A stretch of DNA of 64,000 nucleotides from Eledone cirrhosa (lineage: Eukaryota): positions 245,086,001-245,150,000 of the forward strand of contig OZ024741.1 in assembly GCA_964016885.1 (NCBI GenBank), written 5' to 3'. Each line of letters opens with the position of its first letter. The stretch's first letter is position 1. Below, piece by piece: positions 42,698 through 55,327 of this stretch. Both the position numbers and the translations under genes were made by a program. The notes under the pieces are model-generated. The model did no database searches. It saw only the letters and a list, made by a program, of their open reading frames with translations, and was not told the DNA's origin.

Positions 42698-44577
42698 TTT
42701 TTTACGGATCCTTTAATTTTTTATAATGGGTTTTCAATGCCGTTTTAATGGTGTTTTTTAATGGTATCCTTAATGACGCTTCGATAAGTTTCAATGTTAT
42801 TTTAATGGGGTTTTGATTGATTTTTTAATGGAGTTTTTTTAATGAACTTTTATTGGGGTTTTCAATCAGGTTTTTAACTGAATTTTTAATGTTTTTCAAT
42901 TAGATTTTTTATGGAGTTTTTATGGGCTTTTTAATGAGTTTTTAATGGTGTGCTAATTGAGTTTTCAATTACCTTTTTAATTGAGTATAAAATCGAGTTT
43001 TTACTAAGTTTTTAATGAATTTTTAATGGAATTTTAATGGGGTTTCCAATGGACTTTTAATTGTGTTTTAATGGGGTTTTAAAATTGGTTTTTAGTTGCA
43101 TTTTCAGGGGCTTTTAATGGGGCTTAATGGGGGTTTAATGGGGGATTTAATTGAGTTTTTAATGGAGTTTAATAGAGTTTATAATGGAGGTTTTAATGGA
43201 GTTTTTAATGAAGTTTTAATGTAGTTTTTAATGAGGTTTTTAATGACGATTTTAATGGCGTTCTTAATGGCGTTTTAATGGTATTTTATGGCATTTTAAT
43301 GACGGTTGTAATGGTTTTTAATGGAGTGTTAATTGGTTATTAATTGTATTTTAATGGGTTTTATGAGCTTTTTAATGGACTTTTTAGTGGTGTTTTTAAT
43401 GGAGTTTTTAATGGGTCTTTTAATGGAATTTGCAATGTAGTTTTTAATGGTGTTTTCAATTGTATTTTTAATGACGTTTTAATGGTGTTTTTTATGGCGT
43501 TTTAATAGGATTTTTAATTGTTTTTTTTAAGGACTATTATTATGGGTTTTTTATGTAATTTTATAATGGGATTTTCAGTAGGGTTTTTAATTGGATTTTT
43601 AATGGAGTTTATAATATGGTTTTTAATTGGATTTTTAAAGAATTTATAATTGCGGTTTTAATATAGTGTTTAATGGAGTATTTAATTGGTTTTTAATGGT
43701 AATTTTAATGGAGTGTTTAATGTGTTTTTAATGGGGGAGGAGGGGGGTAAAATGCAGTTTTTAATTGAGTTATCAATGGAGTTTTTAATGACATTTTTTA
43801 TGACGTTTTAATAGCGTTTTATGACGTTTTAATGACGTTTTAATGGTTTTTTGGGGGGGTTTTGGGAGTTTTTATGAGCTTCTAATTAGGTTTTAAATGG
43901 GGTTTTCAATGAGGTTTTTAGTGGAATTTTTAATGGGCCTTTAATGTATTTTTAATGGGATTTTAATGTTTTTTATGGCGTTTTTAATGGTATTTTAAAT
44001 GCTGTTTTAATGTTTCTTTTATGGCCTTTTAATTGGGTTTTTGATTGAGTTTTTAATGAATTTTTTTTAACGAGAATTATGAAGTTTAATGGGTTTCCAG
44101 TGTGTTTTAAATGAAGTTTTTGATAATATTTTTAATGGAATTTTAATGGCGGTTATGGGATTTTAATGGGTTCTGGTGGTATTTTTGTGGGTTTTAATGG
44201 GGTGTTAAATGGTTTTAATGTTGTTTTACTTGCGCTTTCGATTACGTTTACAATTAAGTTTTTACTGTTTTTAATTGGATTTTTAATGGATTTTAATGTG
44301 GTTTTTAATGGAATTTTAATGGTGTTTTAATATAGTTTTTAATGGGTTTCGGATGTAGCTTTTAATGGTGGTTTAGTGTGCTTTTTATTGGGTTTTTAAT
44401 GAGTTTTTATGAGCTTTTCAATGGAGTTTTTAATGGTGTTTATATATATATATATATATACATACATATATATGTATATATATATATTTACACATATATA
44501 TGTGTATATATATATGTGTATATATATATTTACACATATATATGTGTATATATATATTTACACATATATATGTGTAT

Positions 44578-44619
<42 letters not shown>

Positions 44620-44722
44620 TTAAGTATATATATATATATATATATATATTAAATATATATATATATATATATATATATTAAATATATATATATATATATA
44701 TATATTAAATATATATATATAT

Positions 44723-44759
<37 letters not shown>

Positions 44760-44778
44760 TATATATATATATATATAT

Positions 44779-44823
<45 letters not shown>

Positions 44824-45418
44824 CACTTTCATGTTACACACTATATATAAACTGGGATTTATATTTTGCGTTAGTGCCATATTAAGCTGACAACGATATA
44901 TTCGTATCTTAAAAAATATTTTTTTTAGATCACATTGTTCTAGATATTATTAAAATTATTAAATCTATTTTCAATTTGCACGAACACTTGCATATACTAC
45001 ATACATACATTTATATAGACACTAACACAAATATTAGCATATACATAATTTCTTAGTCATTGAGGATGTGTTTTTATACATACATATGCATATTGCATAC
45101 ATACATACATACACACATACAAGCATATACATAGACATACACACACACATATATACACACACTGTATATATATATATATACATACACACACACACACATA
45201 TATATATACACACACACACTATATATATATATAGTGTGTGGTGTATATATATATATGTGTGTGTGTGTATGTATATATATACAGTGTGTGTATATATATG
45301 TGTGTGTATGTGTATGTATATGCTTGTATGTGTGTATGTATGGATGCAATATGCATATGTATGTATAAAAAACACATCCTCAATTACTAAGAAAATATGT
45401 ATATGCTAATATTTGTGT

Positions 45419-45450
<32 letters not shown>

Positions 45451-45534
45451 CGCACACACTATATATATATACGCACACACTATATATATATATATATATA
45501 CATACACACTATATATATATATATACACACACAC

Positions 45535-45591
<57 letters not shown>

Positions 45592-48500
45592 AATCCCATT
45601 AAAAACCACATTAAAAATTCAATTAAAAATCTATTTTGAAAAACCCATTAAAAACCCCATTATAAGCTCATAAAACACTCCATTAAAACCCCAACCAAAC
45701 CCCCCATTAAAACACAATTAAAACATCATTAAGAATGCCAATAAAAGCGCCATTAAAAACCACATTGGAAACCCATAAAAACCCAATTAAAACAAAATTA
45801 AAGTTTCCATTAAAAGTCCCCATTAAAACTCCATTAAAACCCCCATTAACCCCCCCTCGAAAAGACATTAAAACCTCAAATTTAAACCGAAATAAAAACT
45901 CAATTAAAACGCAATTAAAAACTCAATTAAAACACCATTAAAAACACAATTAAAAGCCCATTAAACCAATTAAAATTGCATTAACACACCACTAAGGTTC
46001 CATTGGAAAACCATTAAAAATGTCATTAAAAACTACACTGAAAACCCATTAAACCCCCATTAAAAGCGCACCCAAAACTTTATAAAAAACCAAATAAAAA
46101 CCCCATTAAAATACCATTAAAACGGCATAAAACACCATTAAAACTACATTAAAACGCAATTAAAAATTCCATTTAAATCTCCATTATAAACTCAATTAAA
46201 ACTCCATTAAAACTCAATTAAAAACTCCATTAAAAACACACACACATGAAGTTACATGCTGGCTTGCACACTTATAGCGATTGCTATTTCCTTTTAATTT
46301 CATTAAAACTAGGATGTTTTAGAAAGATAAAAACAAAACTGAATAATGAAGAGACTAGGGAGGGGTAAAGAAAGGCAGATCAGGCTGTAGAGGACAGTAG
46401 GGGGAGAAGAGGGAAGAGACTTGGGAGGGGTAAAGAAAGGCAGATCTGGCTGTAGAGGACAGTAGGGGGAGAAGAGGGAGAAATAAACTAAATTATAAAC
46501 TAAGTTATAAACTAAATTATAAACTAAATTAAAAACTCAATAAAATAAAATAAAATAAAATAAAATAAAATAAAATAAAATAAAATAAAATAAAATAAAA
46601 TAAAATAAAATAAAATAAAAAATAAAATAAAATAAAAAAAATAAAATAAAATAAAATAAAAAAAACTAAAAAATATAAATAAAATAAAATAAAATAAATA
46701 AAATAAAATAAAATAAAATAAAATAAAATAAAATAAATAAAAATAAAATAAAATAAAAAAAAAAAAAAAAATTAAATATAAAAAATAAATAAAATAAAAT
46801 AAAATAAGAACTCAATTAAAAACTCAGTAAAAACTCAATTAAAAACTCAATTAAAAACTCAATCGAAGCACCATTAAAACACCATTAAAAACTCCACTAT
46901 AAACCCACTAAACCCATTAAAAACCAATTAAAAATTCAATTACACATCCCATTAGAAATTTCATTAAAAACTCAATTAAAAGTTCCATTGAAAACACATT
47001 CAAAACCCATTAACCCCATATTAAAAGTTCATAAAACTCTATTAAAAACCCAATAACAAACCAATTAAAACGCCATTAAAACGCCACAAAACACAATAAA
47101 ATGTCATAAAAACGCCATTAAAACATCACAAAAAGCCCAATTAAAAAACCATTAATAATGTCATTAAAAATTCCATAAAAATCCATTAAAAACTCCACTA
47201 AAAGCCCATTAAAAAGTTCATTAAAAGCCATATTATAAATTTCATAAAAAACAATTGAAAACCCCATTATTTATGAGCCTTTTTTTATGAGTTTTTAACA
47301 GTGTTTTAATTCAGTTTTTAATTGCGTTTAAAATTGGGTTTTAATGGCTTTTTAATGGAATTTTAATGGGATTTTCGATGGTGTTTAATGGGTTTTTTAT
47401 GGAGTTTTTAATTGGGTTTTCAATGGTGTTGTTTATGAGTTTTTAAATGGGTTTTTAATGGAATTTTTGATTGCGTTTTTAATGAAATTTTTAATAGATT
47501 CAAGGATGTTTTAATGGAGTTTTTAATGGTCTTTTTAATGGCGTTTTAATTGTGTTTTTATGGTGTTTAAATGCGTTTTAATGATTTTTAATTGGGTTTT
47601 TAATGGAGTATTTTTAATGAGCTCTTAATGGATTTTTCAATTGGATACTTAATGGGTTTTAATGGAATTTATAATAAGGGTTCTAATTGACTTTAAATAT
47701 GATTTTTAATGGAGTTTTTAATGAAATTTCTAATGGTGTTTTTAATTGCGTTTCCCCCCGTGAGGGTTTTAATGGCATTTTAAATGACATTTTAATGAGT
47801 TTTTATGATGTTTTAATGGCGTTGTAATTGTTTTTATTGGGTTTTTAATATAATTTTGTATGAGCTTTTAATGGGGGTTTTCAATGTTGTTTTTAATGGA
47901 GTGTTTAATGGAATTTTAATGGGGGTTTGATAAAAAAAATTAATTGCTTTTTAATTTAATTTTTAATGCGTTTTTGATGGTGTTTAAGTGCGTTCATGAT
48001 GATCTTTTTAATGGATTTTTAATGGGGTTTTAATTGACTTTTTAATGGTGTTTTCAATGTAATTTTTAATGATAGTTTAATGGTGTTTTAATGACGTTTT
48101 AATTGTGTTTTTTATGGTGTTTTAGTGACGTTTAAATATGATTTTTAATTGGTTTTTTAATTGAGTATTTATATGAGTTTTCACTGGTGTTTTTAATGGG
48201 TTTTTCAATATTGCATTTAATGAAATTTTTAATATGGTTTCAAATGGAATTTTTAATGTATTTTTAATTGGGTTTCTAGTGACGTTTTTAATGGTACTTT
48301 AAATGACGTTTTAATGACTTTTATGGCGTTTTAATGGGTTTTTTAATTGGGTTTTTAATGTAGTTTTTTAAAAGATCTTTACTTGGGATTTTATGGGTTT
48401 TCAATGCGGTTTTTAATGGTATATTAATGGAGTTTTTGGTGTGGTTGTTAATGGTATTAGTGACATTTTAATGTGTTTTTAATGGTGTTTTAAGCGAGTT

Positions 48501-48787
48501 TCTGATTTAGTTTAAATTTAAATATTTGATGGTCCTTCTAATGGGCTTTAATGGATGTGTAATGTGTTTAATGCAATTTTAATGGGGTTTAATGGGGGTA
48601 GTAGGTTTCAATGGGTTTTAATGGAGTTTTAATGGCTAGTGCTCTTTTTTTTTTAGAGTTTTTAATGGTGTTTTTAATGGTTTTTCATTGAGCTTTTAAT
48701 TGCGTTTTTAATTGCGTTTTTAATCTAGTTTAAAAATTGAGTTTTAATGGGTTTTTCAATTAGGTTTTTAATGGATTTATAATGGTG
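42698..48787 (+). repeat. Macrosatellite unit 8 (~6090 bp; GGATCC variant)
   Basis: Anchor at 42698, next at 48788. Confidence 0.95.
45023..45420. repeat. Foldback palindrome, unit 8
   Basis: Same termini and centre. Confidence 0.95.
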
Positions 48788-50650
48788 TTTTTTACGGACC
48801 CTTTAATTTTTTATAATGGGTTTTCAATGCCGTTTTAATGGTGTTTTTTAATGGTATCCTTAATGACGCTTCGATAAGTTTCAATGTTATTTTAATGGGG
48901 TTTTGATTGATTTTTTAATGGAGTTTTTTTAATGAACTTTTATTGGGGTTTTCAATCAGGTTTTTAACTGAATTTTTAATGTTTTTCAATTAGATTTTTT
49001 ATGGAGTTTTCATGGGCTTTTTAATGAGTTTTTAATGGTGTGCTAATTGAGTTTTCAATTACCTTTTTAATTGAGTATAAAATCGAGTTTTTACTAAGTT
49101 TTTAATGAATTTTTAATGGAATTTTAATGGGGTTTCCAATGGACTTTTAATTGTGTTTTAATGGGGTTTTAAAATTGGTTTTTAGTTGCATTTTCAGGGG
49201 CTTTTAATGGGGCTTAATGGGGGTTTAATGGGGGATTTAATTGAGTTTTTAATGGAGTTTAATAGAGTTTATAATGGAGGTTTTAATGGAGTTTTTAATG
49301 AAGTTTTAATGTAGTTTTTAATGAGGTTTTTAATGACGATTTTAATGGCGTTCTTAATGGCGTTTTAATGGTATTTTATGGCATTTTAATGACGGTTGTA
49401 ATGGTTTTTAATGGAGTGTTAATTGGTTATTAATTGTATTTTAATGGGTTTTATGAGCTTTTTAATGGACTTTTTAGTGGTGTTTTTAATGGAGTTTTTA
49501 ATGGGTCTTTTAATGGAATTTGCAATGTAGTTTTTAATGGTGTTTTCAATTGTATTTTTAATGACGTTTTAATGGTGTTTTTATGGCGTTTTAATAGGAT
49601 TTTTAAAGGACTATTATTATGGGTTTTTTATGTAATTTTATAATGGGATTTTCAGTAGGGTTTTTAATTGGATTTTTAATGGAGTTTATAATATGTTTTT
49701 TAATTGGATTTTTAAAGAATTTATAATTGCGGTTTTAATATAGTGTTTAATGGAGTATTTAATTGGTTTTTATTGGTAATTTTAATGGAGTGTTTAATGT
49801 GTTTTTAATGGGGGAGGAGGGGGTAAAATGCAGTTTTTAATTGAGTTATCAATGGAGTTTTTAATGACATTTTTAATGACGTTTTAATAGCGTTTTATGA
49901 CGTTTTAATGACGTTTTAATGGTTTTTTTATTGGGTTTTGGGAGTTTTTTTGAGCTTCTAATTAGGTTTTAAATGGGGTTTTCAATGAGGTTTTTAGTGG
50001 AATTTTTAATGGGCCTTTAATGTATTTTTAATGGGATTTTAATGTTTTTTATGGCGTTTTTAATGGTATTTTAAATGCTGTTTTAATGTTTCTTTTATGG
50101 CCTTTTAATTGGGTTTTTGATTGAGTTTTTAATGGATTTTTTTAACGAGAATTATGAAGTTTAATGGGTTTCCAGTGTGTTTTAAATGAAGTTTTTGATA
50201 ATATTTTTAATGGAATTTTAATGGCGGTTATGGGATTTTAATGGGTTCTGGTGGTATTTTTGTGGGTTTTAATGGGGTGTTAAATGGTTTTAATGTTGTT
50301 TTACTTGCGCTTTCGATTACGTTTACAATTAAGTTTTTACTGTTTTTAATTGGATTTTTAATGGATTTTAATGTGGTTTTTAATGGAATTTTAATGGTGT
50401 TTTAATATAGTTTTTAATGGGTTTCGGATGTAGCTTTTAATGGTGGTTTAGTGTGCTTTTTATTGGGTTTTTAATGAGTTTTTATGAGCTTTTCAATGGA
50501 GTTTTTAATGGTGTTTATATATATATATATATACATACATATATATGTATATATATATATTTACACATATATATGTGTATATATATATGTGTATATATAT
50601 ATTTACACATATATATGTGTATATATATATTTACACATATATATGTGTAT

Positions 50651-50690
<40 letters not shown>

Positions 50691-50770
50691 TTAAATATAT
50701 ATATATATATATATATATTAAATATATATATATATATATATATATTAAATATATATATATATATATATAT

Positions 50771-50811
<41 letters not shown>

Positions 50812-50855
50812 TATATATATATATATATATATATTAAATATATATATATATATAT

Positions 50856-50912
<57 letters not shown>

Positions 50913-51211
50913 TATATATATATATATATATATTCCACTTTCATGTTACACACTATATATAAACTGGGATTTATATTTTGCGTTAGTGCCATATTAAGCT
51001 GACAACGATATATTCGTATCTTAAAAAATATTTTTTTTAGATCACATTGTTCTAGATATTATTAAAATTATTAAATCTATTTTCAATTTGCACGAACACT
51101 TGCATATACTACATACATACATTTATATAGACACTAACACAAATATTAGCATATACATAATTTCTTAGTCATTGAGGATGTGTTTTTATACATACATATG
51201 CATATTGCATG

Positions 51212-51243
51212 GTGGCTGCCAACTCGTTTTCGAGTACGGCCAC
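51212..51243 (-). other. Terminal stem-loop of the insertion (putative LINE 3' recognition hairpin)
   Basis: Minus strand GTGGCCGTACTCGAAAACGAGTTGGCAGCCAC: inner stem ACTCG/CGAGT with an AAAA loop, outer stem GTGGC/GCCAC, at the extreme 3' end. Confidence 0.6.
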
Positions 51244-51269
51244 TACTTTATATCCATGTAGGAGAACCC

Positions 51270-51377
51270 CTACTGATGCGCTGAACGAGTGTGACTTTTT
51301 AGTCCAGCCAGCGACTTGAAAACTCTGGTACAAAGACTACACTTGTGACAATTATTGACACATAGTGTTGGGCCCAT
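51270..51377 (-). pseudogene. C2H2 zinc-finger-encoding fragment, likely the C-terminal remnant of a retroelement ORF2
   Basis: Manual translation gives MGPTLCVNNCHKCSLCTRVFKSLAGLKSHTRSAHQ* (frame open from 51443; TAG at 51272-51270), matching C-x2-C-x3-F-x5-L-x2-H-x4-H. Not listed in the ORF track. Confidence 0.78.
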
Positions 51378-51921
51378 GGTACCATGTGACGACAAGTGCA
51401 GAGAGATCTCCAGATATAAAGCAATGCCTGTGCCGTGAAGCTTTTATAGTGAGCAAAGGCACTGCACAAAGCCAGTCCCACTCTCTTAACCAAGATGATA
51501 TTTACCAAAAAGAAGAACAAGTCAACATCATTGGATACCATCAGGGTTGCAGGTGTTATATCAGAGTTTTCCTTCTCCTAGAATTCTGCCTTGACAAAGG
51601 CTAAGGGGTCATCATACACACATACAAGCATATACATAGACATACACACACACATATATACACACACTGTATATATATATATACATACACACACACACAC
51701 ATATATATATACACACACACACTATATATATATATAGTGTGTGGTGTATATATATATATGTGTGTGTGTGTATGTATATATATACAGTGTGTGTATATAT
51801 ATGTGTGTGTATGTGTATGTATATGCTTGTATGTGTGTATGTATGGATGCAATATGCATATGTATGTATAAAAAACACATCCTCAATTACTAAGAAAATA
51901 TGTATATGCTAATATTTGTGT

Positions 51922-51953
<32 letters not shown>

Positions 51954-52016
51954 CGCACACACTATATATATATATATATATACATACACACTATATATAT
52001 ATATATACACACACAC

Positions 52017-52071
<55 letters not shown>

Positions 52072-55000
52072 AATCCCATTAAAAACCACATTAAAAATTC
52101 AATTAAAAATCTATTTTGAAAAACCCATTAAAAACCCCATTATAAGCTCATAAAACACTCCATTAAAACCCCAACCAAACCCCCCATTAAAACACAATTA
52201 AAACATCATTAAGAATGCCAATAAAAGCGCCATTAAAAACCACATTGGAAACCCATAAAAACCCAATTAAAACAAAATTAAAGTTTCCATTAAAAGTCCC
52301 CATTAAAACTCCATTAAAACACCCATTAAACCCCCCCTCGAAAAGACATTAAAACCTCAAATTTAAACCGAAATAAAAACTCAATTAAAACGCAATTAAA
52401 AACCCAATTAAAACACCATTAAAAACACAATTAAAAGCCCATTAAACCAATTAAAATTGCATTAACACACCACTAAGGTTCCATTGGAAAACCATTAAAA
52501 ATGTCATTAAAAACTACACTGAAAACCCATTAAACCCCCATTAAAAGCGCACCCAAAACTTTATAAAAAACCAAATAAAAACCCCATTAAAATACCATTA
52601 AAACGGCATAAAACACCATTAAAACTACATTAAAACTCAATTAAAAATTCCATTTAAATCTCCATTATAAACTCAATTAAAACTCCATTAAAACTCAATT
52701 AAAAACTCCATTAAAAACACACACACATGAAGTTACATGCTGGCTTGCACACTTATAGCGATTGCTATTTCCTTTTAATTTCATTAAAACTAGGATGTTT
52801 TAGAAAGATAAAAACAAAACTGAATAATGAAGAGACTAGGGAGGGGTAAAGAAAGGCAGATCAGGCTGTAGAGGACAGTAGGGGGAGAAGAGGGAAGAGA
52901 CTTGGGAGGGGTAAAGAAAGGCAGATCTGGCTGTAGAGGACAGTAGGGGGAGAAGAGGGAGAAATAAACTAAATTATAAACTAAGTTATAAACTAAATTA
53001 TAAACTAAATTAAAAACTCAATAAAATAAAATAAAATAAAATAAAATAAAATAAAATAAAATAAAATAAAATAAAATAAAATAAAATAAAATAAAATAAA
53101 ATAAAATAAAATAAAATAAAAAATAAAATAAAATAAAATAAAATAAAATAAAATAAAATAAAATAAAATAAAATAAAATAAAAAAAATAAAATAAAATAA
53201 AATAAAAAAAACTAAAAAATATAAATAAAATAAAATAAAATAAATAAAATAAAATAAATAAAATAAAATAAAATAAATAAAAATAAAATAAAATAAAAAA
53301 AAATTAAAAAAAATTAAATATAAAAAATAAATAAAATAAAATAAAATAAGAACTCAATTAAAAACTCAGTAAAAACTCAATTAAAAACTCAATTAAAAAC
53401 TCAATCGAAGCACCATTAAAACACCATTAAAAACTCCACTATAAACCCACTAAACCCATTAAAAACCAATTAAAAATTCAATTTCACATCCCATTAGAAA
53501 TTTCATTAAAAACTCAATTAAAAGTTCCATTGAAAACACATTCAAAACCCATTAACCCCATATTAAAAGTTCATAAAACTCTATTAAAAACCCAATAACA
53601 AACCAATTAAAACGCCATTAAAACGCCACAAAACACAATAAAATGTCATAAAAACGCCATTAAAACATCACAAAAAGCCCAATTAAAAAACCATTAATAA
53701 TGTCATTAAAAATTCCATAAAAATCCATTAAAAACTCCACTAAAAGCCCATTAAAAAGTTCATTAAAAGCCATATTATAAATTTCATAAAAAACAATTGA
53801 AAACCCCATTATTTATGAGCCTTTTTTTATGAGTTTTTAATAGTGTTTTAATTCAGTTTTTAATTGCGTTTAAAATTGGGTTTTAATGGCTTTTTAATGG
53901 TGTTTTAATGGGATTTTCGATGGTGTTTGATGGGTTTTTTATGGAGTTTTTAATTGGGTTTTCAATGGTGTTGTTTATGAGTTTTTAAATGGGTTTTTAA
54001 TGGAATTTTTGATTGCGTTTTTAATGAAATTTTTAATAGATTCAAGGATGTTTTAATGGAGTTTTTAATGGTCTTTTTAATGGCGTTTTAATTGTGTTTT
54101 TATGGTGTTTAAATGCGTTTTAATGATTTTTAATTGGGTTTTTAATGGAGTATTTTTAATGAGCTCTTAATGGATTTTTCAATTGGATACTTAATGGGTT
54201 TTAATGGAATTTATAATAAGGCTTCTAATTGACTTTAAATATGATTTTTAATGGAGTTTTTAATGAAATTTCTAATGGTGTTTTTAATTGCGTTTCCCCC
54301 CGTGAGGGTTTTAATGGCATTTTAAATGACATTTTAATGAGTTTTTATGATGTTTTAATGGCGTTGTAATTGTTTTTTATTGGGTTTTTAATATAATTTT
54401 GTATGAGCTTTTAATGGGGGTTTTCAATGTTGTTTTTAATGGAGTGTTTAATGGAATTTTAATGGGGGTTTGATAAAAAAAATTAATTGCTTTTTAATTT
54501 AATTTTTAATGCGTTTTTGATGGTATTTAAGTGCGTTCATGATGATCTTTTTAATGGATTTTTAATGGGATTTTAATTGAATTTTAATGGTGTTTTCAAT
54601 GTAATTTTTAATGATAGTTTAATGGTGTTTTAATGACGTTTTAATTGTGTTTTTTATGGTGTTTTAGTGACGTTTAAATAGGATTTTTAATTGGTTTTTT
54701 AATTGAGTATTTATATGAGTTTTCACTGGTGTTTTTAATGGGTTTTTCAATATTGCATTTAATGAAATTTTTAATATGGTTTCAAATGGAATGTTTAATG
54801 TGTTTTTAATTGGGTTTCTAGTGACGTTTTTAATGGTACTTTAAATGACGTTTTAATGACTTTTATGGCGTTTCAATGGGTTTTTTAATTGGGTTTTTAA
54901 TGTAGTTTTTTAAAAGATCTTTACTTGGGATTTTATGGGTTTTCAATGCGGTTTTTAATGGTATATTAATGGAGTTTTTGGTGTGGTTGTTAATGGTATT

Positions 55001-55327
55001 AGTGACATTTTAATGTGTTTTTAATGGTGTTTTAAGCGAGTTTCTGATTTAGTTTAAATTTAAATATTTGATGATCCTTCTAATGGGCTTTAATGGATGT
55101 GTAATGTGTTTAATGCAATTTTAATGGGGTTTAATGGGGGTAGTAGGTTTCAATGGGTTTTAATGGAGTCTTAATGGCTAGCGCTCTTTTTTTTAGAGTT
55201 TTTAATGGTGTTTTTAATGGTTTTTCATTGAGCTTTTAATTGCGTTTTTAATTGCGTTTTTAATCTAGTTTAAAAATTGAGTTTTAATGGGTTTTTCAAT
55301 TAGGTTTTTAATGGATTTATAATGGTG

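Larger units (their letters stand above)
51211..51612 (-). mobile_element. ~402 bp insertion, probably a short non-autonomous or truncated RTE-clade non-LTR retroelement
   Basis: Present in only one unit; ~45% GC by hand count (180/402) against very AT-rich flanks. The minus strand encodes CxxC...FKSLAGLKSHTRSAH-stop, followed by a ~60 nt 3' UTR ending in a stem-loop (ACTCG-AAAA-CGAGT). The 5' part has CTAGGAGAAGGAAAACTCTGA, which I recall from RTE 5' regions. The insertion is certain; the family call is by motif recognition only. Confidence 0.72.
51135..51923. repeat. Foldback palindrome, unit 9, left arm interrupted by the 402 bp insertion
   Basis: Same termini; the left arm breaks after CATATTGCAT (51210) and resumes at CATACACACATACAAGC (51613). 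Confidence 0.95.
48788..55327 (+). repeat. Macrosatellite unit 9 (~6540 bp; carries the 402 bp insertion)
   Basis: Anchor at 48788, next at 55328; most of the extra length is foreign sequence at 51211-51612. Confidence 0.95.

Noticed and set aside
49434-49643. (FNGV)n-type ORFs (also 18720, 38066, 58670)
   Set aside because: Chance open frames of the TTTTAATGG minisatellite, broken in most units.
51299-51604. ORF-track 80 aa (-) and 79 aa (+) ORFs in the insertion
   Set aside because: No recognisable motif; the informative frame is a different minus-strand frame encoding the C2H2 finger.
51211-51612. DNA transposon/MITE or solo LTR interpretation of the insertion
   Set aside because: The ends (GGTGGCTGCC / GGGGTCAT) are not inverted repeats and there is no target-site duplication; a TG...CA reading is possible by shifting the boundaries 1 bp but lacks a TSD or other LTR signals.
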